Assembly: GCA_017652705.1 (NCBI GenBank)
Contig: JAGCAM010000085.1
Coordinates: 585 to 64,584 of the forward strand
Direction: 5' to 3'
Length of the DNA stretch: 64,000 nucleotides
Source: Kiritimatiellia bacterium
GTDB taxonomy: Bacteria; Verrucomicrobiota; Kiritimatiellia; RFP12; UBA1067
The notes beneath the pieces were generated by a model. The model saw only the letters and a list, made by a program, of their open reading frames with translations, searched no databases and had not been told where the DNA came from. The translations under genes were made by a program, and so were the position numbers. Positions 24,189-34,124 of this stretch are shown in pieces (the stretch's first letter is position 1; every line of letters starts with the position of its first letter).

Positions 24189-25637
24189 ATGCACGTAAAA
24201 ACTAGGATGGCGGCCGCCGCGGCGGCGTTGACGGTGGCGGGGCTGTGCGCCGCCGCCGAAAAGAAGACCGCAGAAAAGAAGATGGACAAGGACGCCATCA
24301 TCAACGGAACCCACGGCTACATACCAGACAACTACATCCCACCAGCCGAACCGGAGGTTCGCGAGAAACTCGAGTGGTTCCGGGATCAGAAGCTCGGGCT
24401 GATGATGCACTGGGGGATGTATTCGCAGACCGGCGACGTCGAAAGCTGGGGCCTCTGCGACAAGGAGAAGGAATGGTCGCGCCAGCGGGTGGACTGGACC
24501 GAAGACGGAGAGTTCTACAAGCGCCAGTACTGGGGGCTCAACCGTTCGTTCAACCCCATCCGTTTCCGCCCCGAAGTGTGGGCGGACATCGCGGCGAAGA
24601 ACGGTTTCAGGTATCTGATATTCACCACCAAGCATCACGACGGGTTCTGCATGTTCGACTCGAAGTATTCGGACTACAAGGTGACCGCGCCGGAATGCCC
24701 GTTCTCGTCGAATCCGAACGCCAACATCGTCAAACGGGTGTTCGACGAATTCCGGGCGAAGGGTCTGGCGATCGCCGCGTACTTCTCGAAGCCGGACTGG
24801 CACCACACCGACTACTGGGAGAACCACGGGCTCGGCTACGAAAACACGCGCATGCCGAGCTACGACGTCAGCAAGAACCCGGCGAAGTGGGGGCGTTTCA
24901 CCGAATTCGTGCGCAACCAGATACTCGAACTGGTGGGCGACTACGGGCCGGTCGACATAATCTGGCTTGACGGCGGTCAGGTGCAGCGCAACTGCGGGCT
25001 GGACATCGGCATAGAAAAGATCATCGCCGACGCGCGCAAGATCAGGCCCGGTCTCATCGCGGTGGACCGCACCGCCGGCGGCACGTGCGAGAACGTGATC
25101 ACGCCGGAGCAGACGGTGCCCCCGCAGCCGCTGGCGGTGCCGTGGGAGAGCTGCGTGACGATGGGCGGCGGTTTCTCCTACCGCTACGACGACATCTTCA
25201 AGTCGCCGCGCGAGCTCGTGCATCTGCTGATGGACATCGTGGCGAAGGGCGGCAATCTCGCCCTGAACGTGGCGCCCGGGCCGGACGGCCGCCTGCCGCG
25301 CGGGGCGGTCGAGCGCATGAACGCGATGGGCGAATGGCTGAAGAAGAATGGCGAGGCGGTTTACGGCACCCGCACCGCGCCGCCCTACCGCGTCGGGGAA
25401 TGGGCGTTCACCGGCAAAGGCGGCGCCGTGTACGCCACCCGCCTGTGGAACGAGCGGCAGTACTGCGTGAGGCGTTCGCACTGCCCGGTGGAGAACGCGG
25501 AGAAAGTCAAAAAGATCGTGCACGTCGCCACCGGGCGGGAACTCGACTTCAAGGTCGAGGGCGGCAAGGCCGTGTTCGTGATGCCGGCCGACATCCAGCC
25601 CGATCCGTACGCGGATTCCTTCAAGTTCGTTTTCTGA
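24189..25637 (+). CDS. alpha-L-fucosidase, GH29, secreted
   Basis: Signal peptide; GLMMHWGMYS, TTKHHDGFCMFDS and DIIWLDGG motifs. Confidence 0.9.
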   Translation: MHVKTRMAAAAAALTVAGLCAAAEKKTAEKKMDKDAIINGTHGYIPDNYIPPAEPEVREKLEWFRDQKLGLMMHWGMYSQTGDVESWGLCDKEKEWSRQRVDWTEDGEFYKRQYWGLNRSFNPIRFRPEVWADIAAKNGFRYLIFTTKHHDGFCMFDSKYSDYKVTAPECPFSSNPNANIVKRVFDEFRAKGLAIAAYFSKPDWHHTDYWENHGLGYENTRMPSYDVSKNPAKWGRFTEFVRNQILELVGDYGPVDIIWLDGGQVQRNCGLDIGIEKIIADARKIRPGLIAVDRTAGGTCENVITPEQTVPPQPLAVPWESCVTMGGGFSYRYDDIFKSPRELVHLLMDIVAKGGNLALNVAPGPDGRLPRGAVERMNAMGEWLKKNGEAVYGTRTAPPYRVGEWAFTGKGGAVYATRLWNERQYCVRRSHCPVENAEKVKKIVHVATGRELDFKVEGGKAVFVMPADIQPDPYADSFKFVF

Positions 25638-25673
25638 CGGACCGGTTCAGTGACTTGCAATGAGACAAGAGAA

Positions 25674-27584
25674 ATGAAATTCCTGACTGTGATGGCGGCT
25701 GCCGCGTTGGCGGCCGCGGCGGACGGCGCGGAGATGAAGGTCCGGGCGGTGCAGCTCGATCTCGCGCGGCAGATGGAGACGGTTCCGTTCGTGAAGCGGT
25801 ACCTTTCATTCGCCAAGGAGAGCGGTTTCAACACCGTGCAGCTCTACCTCGAAGGGCGGATCCGCACCAAGTCCTTCCCCTGGCGCGCGGCGTCGGAGAC
25901 GTACACGCCGGAGCAGATGAAGGAGATCGTGGCGGAGGCGCAGCGCGTCGGGATCGATCTGATACCGGTGGTTTCCGTGCTGGGGCACGCCGAGAATTTC
26001 GTCAACTGCCCCGAGCTTTCTGAGTTCTGCGAAGAGACGCGCGCCGGGCGCGGACGTTTCTCCGTCGAGACGAAGAAGCACACGTTCTGCCATTCGTTGC
26101 CTGGCACGAGGGCGTTCCTTGAAAAGTACATCGCCGAACTGCTGGAGATATTCCCGGGGAAGAACTTCCACGTCGGGCTCGACGAGTCGTTCAACACGGG
26201 GTTCTGCCCCGAATGCGCGGCGAAGATGAAGACGATCGGACTAGGCGGGCTTTATTTCGAAGTGATCGACTGGGCGCGTGATTTTCTGGCGAAGAGGGGC
26301 CGGCGGATGTGGATGTGGGGGGACTTTTTCGAATACTTTCCGGAGAAGGCGCCGGATCTGCCGCGCGACGTGGTGATCTGCGACTGGGGGTACGAGTCAG
26401 ACGTGTCCCGGAACCGCGGGCAGCGGGGGTGCTTCGGCGACCGGTTCCGGAACGACTGGGTGCGCACTTTCCGTTCGCTGGGGGTCGAGACGATCGCATG
26501 TCCGGGGCACGTCACGCGGGCGATGACGAGGTTCTGCGATTACGCGGACACGGCGGGCGCGTCCGGTTGCCTCGTTTCGCTGTGGGAGATGTCCACCTTC
26601 TTCCACGGCAGGGTGTTCATCGTCGCGAGGGCGGCGGGGAAGCGCTGGAGCAAGGGTATTGACACGCTCGGTTTCGACGAGGCGAAGGCGGTTGCGGTCG
26701 CGGAGTTGTGCCCGACGCTGAACGGCACCGAACGGATGGCGGTGCTGACGCTGGCCGGTTACAGCAAGGGCGGCGTGGCGCGGAATCTGGCGGTCGCCAC
26801 CCTGATGCCGCGCATCAAAGGGGAGGTAAGCCCCGATCCGTTCTGCGAAGAGGCGATCGTGGACGATCTCGTGACGAGCGCTCGCATCGGCGCGGTGTCG
26901 GAGGCGCTCGCGGCGGCGGAGTACGCCGAAAGCGGGCTTTACCGCAGGCCGGCGGCGATACGCTCGGCGAAGGCGAAGGTCAGGGCTCTGCAGTCCGAAA
27001 TCGAGGCGCTTCGAAAGCGGCGCGCCGCTCAGGAACAGGCCTGGCGGCCCGGCTGCCGCCCGAACGAACTGCTCAAGCCGCTGGACTTGCTGGCGAAGCG
27101 CTCCGCTAAACTGCTCGCGGTCGAAGAGAAGGAGGCGGCCGACGACGAGTGGCAGCTTGAAATCGACCTCTCCCTGCCCGACTACCACGGGCTGCCGAAC
27201 TGGACGGTCGAAGGGCTTTTCGACGGGAAATGGCGCAAGCTGTGCGACGGGGCATGGAAGCCCGAGTCGGCGGAGTGGTGTTATTTCGGGCGCGAGGTGA
27301 AGTTCACGGCGGAGAAGGCTCCGTCGGCGCTGAGGGTGTCGTACCACGGCTACAACGACGGCGGCGTCACCTATCTCGCGGTTGCCAACCGCAGGGCCGG
27401 TCGGTTCGTGCCGGCGGCTGTTTCGTCCGTCAATGGCAGGGTCCGCGACGTGTGCAACATGCTGGAGGACACGGTGGACGCGGCGTGGTTCGGCAATCCG
27501 GACTGCCGGTCGTACATGCTCGACCCGACCGGGGCCGACGAAGTGTCGTCGGCGGTGGTCACCCTCAAACCGGAATTTCCGTGA
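25674..27584 (+). CDS. GH20-like (beta-N-acetylhexosaminidase-type TIM barrel) secreted protein with long C-terminal extension
   Basis: Signal peptide MKFLTVMAAAALAAAADG. VRAVQLDLARQ, IPVVSVLGHAE and HVGLDES resemble the GH20 catalytic-domain pattern. Confidence 0.65.
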   Translation: MKFLTVMAAAALAAAADGAEMKVRAVQLDLARQMETVPFVKRYLSFAKESGFNTVQLYLEGRIRTKSFPWRAASETYTPEQMKEIVAEAQRVGIDLIPVVSVLGHAENFVNCPELSEFCEETRAGRGRFSVETKKHTFCHSLPGTRAFLEKYIAELLEIFPGKNFHVGLDESFNTGFCPECAAKMKTIGLGGLYFEVIDWARDFLAKRGRRMWMWGDFFEYFPEKAPDLPRDVVICDWGYESDVSRNRGQRGCFGDRFRNDWVRTFRSLGVETIACPGHVTRAMTRFCDYADTAGASGCLVSLWEMSTFFHGRVFIVARAAGKRWSKGIDTLGFDEAKAVAVAELCPTLNGTERMAVLTLAGYSKGGVARNLAVATLMPRIKGEVSPDPFCEEAIVDDLVTSARIGAVSEALAAAEYAESGLYRRPAAIRSAKAKVRALQSEIEALRKRRAAQEQAWRPGCRPNELLKPLDLLAKRSAKLLAVEEKEAADDEWQLEIDLSLPDYHGLPNWTVEGLFDGKWRKLCDGAWKPESAEWCYFGREVKFTAEKAPSALRVSYHGYNDGGVTYLAVANRRAGRFVPAAVSSVNGRVRDVCNMLEDTVDAAWFGNPDCRSYMLDPTGADEVSSAVVTLKPEFP

Positions 27585-27600
27585 AAACGCACCTTCCCGT

Positions 27601-27629
27601 TTGACTATTTCGCGCAAAAAGGGTAAAAT
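27601..27629 (+). promoter_or_regulatory. sigma70-like promoter TTGACT-N17-TAAAAT for the MFS-galK unit
   Basis: Read directly. SD AAGGAGG is at 27648-27654 and ATG at 27661. Confidence 0.55.
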
Positions 27630-27660
27630 AAACCACAAAGACCTGTAAAGGAGGTATCTG

Positions 27661-28995
27661 ATGTCAGAACAGCAAAAGCAGGGCGGCAGCTGGGTCGCCA
27701 TAGTGACGATGATGTTCATTTACGGCATGATTTCGTTCGTGACGAATCTCGCCGCGCCGATGGGCAATGTCTGGAAGTACCAGCCGGGCATCGAAGGCTC
27801 GAACATGCTGGGCATGATGGGCAACATGATGAACTTTCTCGCCTATCTGTTCATGGGGATACCGGCGGGGAAGATGCTCACCAAGTGCGGCTACAAGAAG
27901 ACGGCGATGATCGGCATCGCGACCGGTTTCGTCGGGGTGGCCGTTCAGTTCATCTCCGGCAAGGTGCCCGGCACGGCGGAAAGCGCGGTAGTGCCATTCT
28001 GCGTCTATCTGCTGGGCGCGTTCGTGTGCGGTTTCGCGGTGTGCATGCTGAACATGGTGGTGAACCCGATGCTCAACCTGCTCGGCGGCGGCGGCAACCG
28101 CGGCAACCAGCTCAACATGATCGGGACTACTTTCAACTCGCTCGCCGGCACGGCGACGCCGATTCTGGTTGGCGCGCTCATCGGGCAGGTGACGAAAGAC
28201 ACGGCCGTCGCCGACGTCAACCTCGTGCTCTACATCGCGATGGCGGTTTTCGCCGCGGCGTTCGTGATTCTCTCTTTCATCCCCATCGAGAACCCCGCCG
28301 AGGGCTCGACGACGGAGGACATACCGGTTTTCGCGCCGCTGAAGTTCCGCCACTGCCTGCTCGGCGTCATCGGCATTTTCATGTACGTCGGCATCGAGAT
28401 CGGCATCCCGGCGACGATGAACCTGTGGCTCGCGGCGAAGGACGGCCCGCTGATGACGAGCGCGGATCCGGAGGTGGTGAAGAACGCCGCGACGATCGCG
28501 GGCATGGTCGCGGGCACGTACTGGTTCCTCATGCTTGTCGGGCGCACGATCGGCGCGTTCATCGGCGGCAAGATTTCGTCCCGGGCGCTCATGACGTTCA
28601 CCACTGCGGCCGCCGTGCTGCTCATTGTCGTCGGCACGCAGACGACCGAAGTGGCGAGCTCGATGCCGGTGTTCACCGGCAAGACCTTCGTGATGGCGAA
28701 GGTTCCGCTGACGGGCGTTCTCTTCGCGCTGTGCGGTCTCATGACGTCGATCATGTGGCCGTCGACGTTCAATCTCGCCACCGAGAAGCTCGGCAAGTAC
28801 ACCGCGGCGGCGTCGGGGCTTTTCATGGTGATGGTGGTCGGCGGCGGCGTGCTGCCGCTCGTGCAGAACTACATCGCCGACCAGGCCGGTTACATGATTT
28901 CCTACGCGATACCGGTCGCGGCGCTCGTGTACCTGTTCGTCTATTCGGCGTTTCTCTCGAAGCCGCCGAAGAACATCGACGAGCTGGTGAGATAA
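27661..28995 (+). CDS. MFS sugar transporter (glucose/galactose or fucose permease family)
   Basis: 444 aa with about 12 TM helices. The FucP/GluP-like N-terminus reads IVTMMFIYGMISFVTNLAAP. Confidence 0.85.
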   Translation: MSEQQKQGGSWVAIVTMMFIYGMISFVTNLAAPMGNVWKYQPGIEGSNMLGMMGNMMNFLAYLFMGIPAGKMLTKCGYKKTAMIGIATGFVGVAVQFISGKVPGTAESAVVPFCVYLLGAFVCGFAVCMLNMVVNPMLNLLGGGGNRGNQLNMIGTTFNSLAGTATPILVGALIGQVTKDTAVADVNLVLYIAMAVFAAAFVILSFIPIENPAEGSTTEDIPVFAPLKFRHCLLGVIGIFMYVGIEIGIPATMNLWLAAKDGPLMTSADPEVVKNAATIAGMVAGTYWFLMLVGRTIGAFIGGKISSRALMTFTTAAAVLLIVVGTQTTEVASSMPVFTGKTFVMAKVPLTGVLFALCGLMTSIMWPSTFNLATEKLGKYTAAASGLFMVMVVGGGVLPLVQNYIADQAGYMISYAIPVAALVYLFVYSAFLSKPPKNIDELVR

Positions 28996-29029
28996 GGTGC
29001 GCTCGGCGCCGTTGAAAGAAGGTGACATC

Positions 29030-30205
29030 ATGTTAAATCAGGAGATTTACGACAGGGTGACGGCCGGGTTCGCGGCGAAGTTCGGCGGCAAGCCGGCATT
29101 CGTCGCCTACGCGCCGGGGCGCATCGAGGTTCTGGGCAATCACACCGATTACAACGAAGGGTACGTTTTTTCGGCGGCGATCGACAAGGGGACGTTTTTC
29201 GCCGCGTCGCCGTCCGGCGACGGCAAGATTTCGCTCGTCTCCGCCGATCTGGGCGAAACGTACGAATGCGATGTTGCGTCCGTCGCGCCGGTCAAGGAGG
29301 GTGCGACCTGGGCGAACTACGTGATCGGCACCTTCAACTGGCTTTTCGGCGGCGACGTTTCCGCCGCGGGCGGCGGCTTCAAGGCGGTGTTCGGCGGCAA
29401 CATTCCGCTCGGCGCCGGGCTGTCGTCCTCCGCGGCACTGGAAATGGCGACGGCGCTCGCGCTCTGCGCCGTTTACGGAATCGAGAAAGACCGCACGACG
29501 CTCGCCAAGATCGGCCAGAAGGCGGAGCACACTTTCGCCGGCTGCCCGTGCGGGCTTCTCGACCAGGCCTCGTCGATGTACGGCGCCGAGGGTGCGCTCG
29601 TGAAGAGCGATTTCCGCACGAACGAGTTCGAGACCGTGGCGATGGGCGATTCCGCCGCGTTCATGATGGTCAAGTCCAACGCCAAGCACGCGCTCGTCGA
29701 CGGCGCCTACGCGTCGCGGCGCAAGGCCTGCGAAGACGCGGCGAAATATTTCGCCGGCGTGCTGAGAAAGCCGGTTACGCATCTGCGCGACGTCACGATG
29801 GCCGAATGGGTTCTTTACCGCGGCGGCCTCGACGAGACCACGGCGAAGCGCGCGGTGCATCCGATCGGCGAGGACGAACGCGTTCTGCAGGGTGCGGCGC
29901 TGCTCGCCAAAGGCGACTTGAGGGGCTTCGGGGCGCTGATGTACGATTCGCACGAGTCGAGCCGCCGCTGGTTCGAGAACTCCTGCGAAGAGCTCGACGC
30001 GATAGTCGACGCCGCGAAGAAGATCCCCGCGGTTTACGGCGCGCGGCTTTCAGGCGGGGGGTTCGGCGGCAGCTGCTGTCTGCTCGTGGAACCGGCCGCG
30101 GCCGGCGAAATCGCGGAGAAAATCACCGCCGAATACAGGGCCGCGTTCGGGGACGAACCGGTTTGCCAGTTGATAAGGCCGTCGGGCGGCGCCCGTCTCG
30201 TCTGA
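29030..30205 (+). CDS. galK: galactokinase
   Basis: APGRIEVLGNHTDYNEGYV and GGNIPLGAGLSSSAALE are GHMP kinase signatures. Confidence 0.92.
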   Translation: MLNQEIYDRVTAGFAAKFGGKPAFVAYAPGRIEVLGNHTDYNEGYVFSAAIDKGTFFAASPSGDGKISLVSADLGETYECDVASVAPVKEGATWANYVIGTFNWLFGGDVSAAGGGFKAVFGGNIPLGAGLSSSAALEMATALALCAVYGIEKDRTTLAKIGQKAEHTFAGCPCGLLDQASSMYGAEGALVKSDFRTNEFETVAMGDSAAFMMVKSNAKHALVDGAYASRRKACEDAAKYFAGVLRKPVTHLRDVTMAEWVLYRGGLDETTAKRAVHPIGEDERVLQGAALLAKGDLRGFGALMYDSHESSRRWFENSCEELDAIVDAAKKIPAVYGARLSGGGFGGSCCLLVEPAAAGEIAEKITAEYRAAFGDEPVCQLIRPSGGARLV

Positions 30206-30227
30206 TGTTTACCGGGGGTACGCTGCA

Positions 30228-31349
30228 ATGAAAATCATTCCTCTGACGCTTCTCGCGCTCGCGCCGATTGCGGGCTTCGCCGACGAACTGGACATGTTGT
30301 TGGCCCCGGTGACGAACGACATGCAGGTCAAGACCTTCACCACGCTGCCGTTCTGCCGCCGCATTGAAGGCCGCGCCGCCGTCTGCAAGCCGGGCGGAGA
30401 GTGGATCGAGGCCGAAGAGGGCAGGTTTTATCCGTTCGGCACCTCGTTCCGCGCCGGCAAGGGCAGCTCCATGACCGTGGCCTTCGGCCCGGTTTCGACG
30501 GTGAAAATCGCCGACGGCGACGAGTTCGCGACCCGGGTTCAGAAGTTGGGCCTCCCCTCGCGCACCGTCGTTCTGGTGCGCGGCACGCTGGAGGTCAAGC
30601 TGCCCGACAACCTGCCGGAAGGTTCGTTTTTCGTGACCGCGCCGAGTTTCACCGTCAAAAACCAGACCGGCGCGGTGGTCACCAACCTTGCCGACTTCAC
30701 CATCAAGAACCCGGCCGGCGAGTCGCGCATTTCGTATGTGGACATGGGAGACGGCGACTCGGCGACGATACGCTGCGTCACCGGGGCGCTGAGCGTCGAG
30801 GGCAGGCACTTCGACATACCCGTGATGCACTCGGCCGACGAGCTGGTCATACGCACATCGCGCGACCATCTTTTCACGTCGCTCTCCGGCACCAGCGGCG
30901 ATTACGTGGTGAACGTCGATCAGGGGCTGCAGCTGAAGCCGGAGTTCAGCGACGACGGCCGCCAGCGCGACGTCGTGGTCAAAGGCAACCTTGAATGGCA
31001 CCTCACCCCCTGCACGAAAATCGTCATCAGCCGTTCGGTGCCCGCCATCGGCGAGCGCATGAGCGTGCACACCATGGCTTTCGACGCGGCTGGCGAACGC
31101 AAGAGCGAGTGCTGTTTCTCCGAAGGCCGCGCCGAAGTGAACACCGGCGAAATCGTGCCGAAGAGCAAAGTGGACAGCGAAGAGCTGGCCAAAAAAGCCG
31201 CCGAGGCGACTGAAACCACAGAGGCCGCCCCGAAAGACGCCGCGGCCGAGGGTGACGCCGCTGGCGGTGATTCCGCGGAGGAGGGGAAGACGGACGGCGG
31301 GGAAACCACGGCGGACGGAGCCAAGGACGAAGCGGAATCTTCGCAGTGA
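30228..31349 (+). CDS. secreted hypothetical protein with acidic low-complexity C-terminal tail
   Basis: Signal peptide MKIIPLTLLALAPIAGFA. Strong GC3 bias. The tail is rich in E/A/T/D/G. Confidence 0.6.
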   Translation: MKIIPLTLLALAPIAGFADELDMLLAPVTNDMQVKTFTTLPFCRRIEGRAAVCKPGGEWIEAEEGRFYPFGTSFRAGKGSSMTVAFGPVSTVKIADGDEFATRVQKLGLPSRTVVLVRGTLEVKLPDNLPEGSFFVTAPSFTVKNQTGAVVTNLADFTIKNPAGESRISYVDMGDGDSATIRCVTGALSVEGRHFDIPVMHSADELVIRTSRDHLFTSLSGTSGDYVVNVDQGLQLKPEFSDDGRQRDVVVKGNLEWHLTPCTKIVISRSVPAIGERMSVHTMAFDAAGERKSECCFSEGRAEVNTGEIVPKSKVDSEELAKKAAEATETTEAAPKDAAAEGDAAGGDSAEEGKTDGGETTADGAKDEAESSQ

Positions 31350-31420
31350 TGTGGGGGAAGCAATCAGCATAACAACAACAGCAACAAAAAATAAAATCCG
31401 GTCAACGGCAATCAACAAAA

Positions 31421-33073
31421 ATGGTCATTCATCAATTCAACAAACTGATCCGCAACAAGTGGGTGTGGGGCGTGTTCGCGGTACTGGTGTCCGCCGCGTT
31501 CTGCTTTGACGACGTTTTCACCTCCCGCGGCGGCGCGGAGGACCGCCGCTCCTCCGGCGGCGCCGGTTCGCTCGGCGGCGAGCCCGTCGACGCCGACGAA
31601 TTCAACGACATCGCCGAAGACGTGCGCGGCTTCGGCCAGCGGCGCGACTGGCGGCGCAGCTCCTGGGAGGTCAACCGCGAAGCCTGGGAGAATTACGCGG
31701 CGATCAAGACCGCCGAAAAGGACGGGATTGAAGCGACGGATTCCGAAGTGCAGGCGATGATCCGGTCCGACCCGTCGTTCCACAAGAACGGCGCGTTCAG
31801 TTTCGCCGCCTACGAGCAGCTTCTCCGCCAGAACGGTTTCACCCCGCAGCGTTTTGAAGAATATCTCAAACGCACGACCACTCTGAGGCGCGTGAGTCAA
31901 TCGGTTCTCGGCGGCGCGGCGTGGGTTTCGACCATGGAACTCGACCAGGCGGTGGCCGACATGACCGACACCTTCACCGTCAAGGTCGCGACCTTCGCGC
32001 AGGACGGCAAGGCGGCCGCCGCGGTAAAGGTTGACGACGCGGCGGTCAAGAAATGGTACGAAGAGCATAAAAAGTCGCTGGAACTGCCCGAACGCGTCAG
32101 GATACGCTACGTGCGGTTCAACGCCGCCGCGTCGAACGTGCTCGCCCGCATGACCGTCACCGAAGACGAGATGAAAGACCGCTACGACGTCACCGTCGAC
32201 AAGTACACTTCGACGGACACCAACGGCGTCGAGAAAGTCAAGAAGTTCGAAGAAGTCAAGGCGGAGATCGAGAAAGACCTGCGTTTGATCGCGGCGGTGC
32301 AGTATTTCGAGACGAATCTGAACCAGCGCGTTTATTCAGACAACGCCTCGACCGGAGGGGTTTCCCGTCTCGACGAGATCGCCAAGGCCGACGGGCTCAA
32401 AGTTGAGACGAGCGACTGGTTTTCGGTTGACGGCGGTTTTCAGGAGGGCTTCATGAAGCCCCCGTCGCAGATTCTGCCGGGTGCGAACGGTTTCACCGAA
32501 GCGGTGGCCGAGCTTGATTCCTCCAGTGAAGACCTGCGTTACGGCGTCGTGTCCTCCGACCGCTTCGTGTGGCTCATCGAAAAGGCCGAAACAAGCGCAC
32601 GCCACGTGCCGACGTTCGAGGAGGCGAAGGAGGCGGTGCGCCCGCGCGCGCTGCGCGACGCCAGGGCCGATGCCTTCAAGGCGGTCGTCGAGGCCGTACG
32701 CGCGAAGGGCGCCGACGCGGTCCGGGCGGTAAAAGGCGTAACCACCAACATCGTGTTTTCGGTCTCGGACATCCGCGGAACGTCGTCGTTCGACAACCAG
32801 ATGGCCGTCGTGCGGGCGGCGACGAAGCTCAAGAAGGGCGAAGTGTCCGAGTTCACCCTCGTTTCGCCGGGCCGCGCGATTCTCGTCGTCTGCGAAGACA
32901 GGGCTCCCGGCGACGCCGCGAAGGCGATGGTGCTGCGTTCGCAGGTGCGGGACGAACTCGCGATGCTGCAGCTCCGCCAGATTCCCGATTCGTGGAAGAA
33001 ATGGAATCTTGACCGCATCGGGTTCACGACCACCGACGCGTCGTCGGTCGAAGTGGTGAAAGAGGAAGAATGA
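31421..33073 (+). CDS. PpiD/SurA-like periplasmic chaperone (membrane-anchored)
   Basis: N-terminal anchor NKWVWGVFAVLVSAAF, then a SurA-N-like helical region. No clear parvulin catalytic motif seen. Confidence 0.65.
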   Translation: MVIHQFNKLIRNKWVWGVFAVLVSAAFCFDDVFTSRGGAEDRRSSGGAGSLGGEPVDADEFNDIAEDVRGFGQRRDWRRSSWEVNREAWENYAAIKTAEKDGIEATDSEVQAMIRSDPSFHKNGAFSFAAYEQLLRQNGFTPQRFEEYLKRTTTLRRVSQSVLGGAAWVSTMELDQAVADMTDTFTVKVATFAQDGKAAAAVKVDDAAVKKWYEEHKKSLELPERVRIRYVRFNAAASNVLARMTVTEDEMKDRYDVTVDKYTSTDTNGVEKVKKFEEVKAEIEKDLRLIAAVQYFETNLNQRVYSDNASTGGVSRLDEIAKADGLKVETSDWFSVDGGFQEGFMKPPSQILPGANGFTEAVAELDSSSEDLRYGVVSSDRFVWLIEKAETSARHVPTFEEAKEAVRPRALRDARADAFKAVVEAVRAKGADAVRAVKGVTTNIVFSVSDIRGTSSFDNQMAVVRAATKLKKGEVSEFTLVSPGRAILVVCEDRAPGDAAKAMVLRSQVRDELAMLQLRQIPDSWKKWNLDRIGFTTTDASSVEVVKEEE

Positions 33074-33501
33074 CCGTCCGCTTCAGGAAGATCCACCCAG
33101 CCGCCGCGCTGCCGGCGTACGCCCACGACGGCGATGCGGGCATGGATCTCCGCAGCGTGGAGGACATAGCGGTCGCGCCCGGAGCCCGAGCGCTGGTGCG
33201 CACCGGTCTGGTGATGATGCTGCCGCCGGGATACGAAGGCCAGGTGCGGCCGCGTTCCGGGCTCGCCCTCAGACACGGCGTCACCGTTCTCAATTCGCCC
33301 GGCACGGTTGACGCCGGCTATCGCGGCGAGGTCGGGGTCATACTCGCCAATTTCGGCGACGCCGAATTTTCCGTGCGCAGGGGGGACCGCATCGCCCAGC
33401 TCGTGATCGCCCCCGTTCTGCGGGCTGGCATCGAAGAGGTGGAGGCTGTGGACGACACCGACCGCGGAGAGGGCGGTTTCGGTTCCACCGGCAGGTCATG
33501 A
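33070..33501 (+). CDS. dut: dUTP diphosphatase
   Basis: AGMDL, RSGLA, GTVDAGYRGE and RIAQLV motifs. ATGA overlap with the upstream stop. Confidence 0.95.
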   Translation: MTVRFRKIHPAAALPAYAHDGDAGMDLRSVEDIAVAPGARALVRTGLVMMLPPGYEGQVRPRSGLALRHGVTVLNSPGTVDAGYRGEVGVILANFGDAEFSVRRGDRIAQLVIAPVLRAGIEEVEAVDDTDRGEGGFGSTGRS

Positions 33502-34043
33502 AGCTCAGGATTTTCAAATACGGCGAGAGGGTTCTCCGCGAGAAGGCGGAACCGGTGGCGGCGGTTGACGACACGCTGCGGCGGCTGGCGGGCGACATGC
33601 TCGAGACCATGCGAGACGCGAAGGGGGTCGGGCTCGCCGCGCAGCAGGTCGGCCGGAAGGAGCGGTTGTGCGTGATTGACGTGCCCGAAGGCTGCGACGA
33701 TGGGGCGGACATGATGTTCAACGCGCCGATCGCTATGCCGCTGGTGATGTTCAATCCGGAAATCATCGCGAGGGAAGGCAGCCGCCGTGAAAAGGAAGGG
33801 TGTCTGAGTTTTCCCAACATCGGCGGCACGCTCACCCGCGCGGTGCAGGTAACGTGCAGGTTCATCGATCTGGAGAACCGTCCGCAGACGATAACGGCGA
33901 GGGGGTTTCTTGCCAGAGCCGTCCAGCACGAAGTCGATCACCTCGACGGGGTTCTTTACATCGACCGGATGTCGGCGGTTGAAAGGCTCGCCTGCTCCGG
34001 CAAGCTGAAGAAGCTCGCCCGCAACAACGGCGGCGTCCGCTGA
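33498..34043 (+). CDS. def: peptide deformylase
   Basis: GVGLAAQQVG, EGCLSFP and HEVDHLDG. Confidence 0.95.
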   Translation: MKLRIFKYGERVLREKAEPVAAVDDTLRRLAGDMLETMRDAKGVGLAAQQVGRKERLCVIDVPEGCDDGADMMFNAPIAMPLVMFNPEIIAREGSRREKEGCLSFPNIGGTLTRAVQVTCRFIDLENRPQTITARGFLARAVQHEVDHLDGVLYIDRMSAVERLACSGKLKKLARNNGGVR

Positions 34044-34124
34044 TCCGCCGTCCGCCGGAAAAATGGCAAAATCACATGTCGTCGGGTTGGTTTTCCGGCG
34101 ATGGAAAAAGAAAGGAAGCATGGG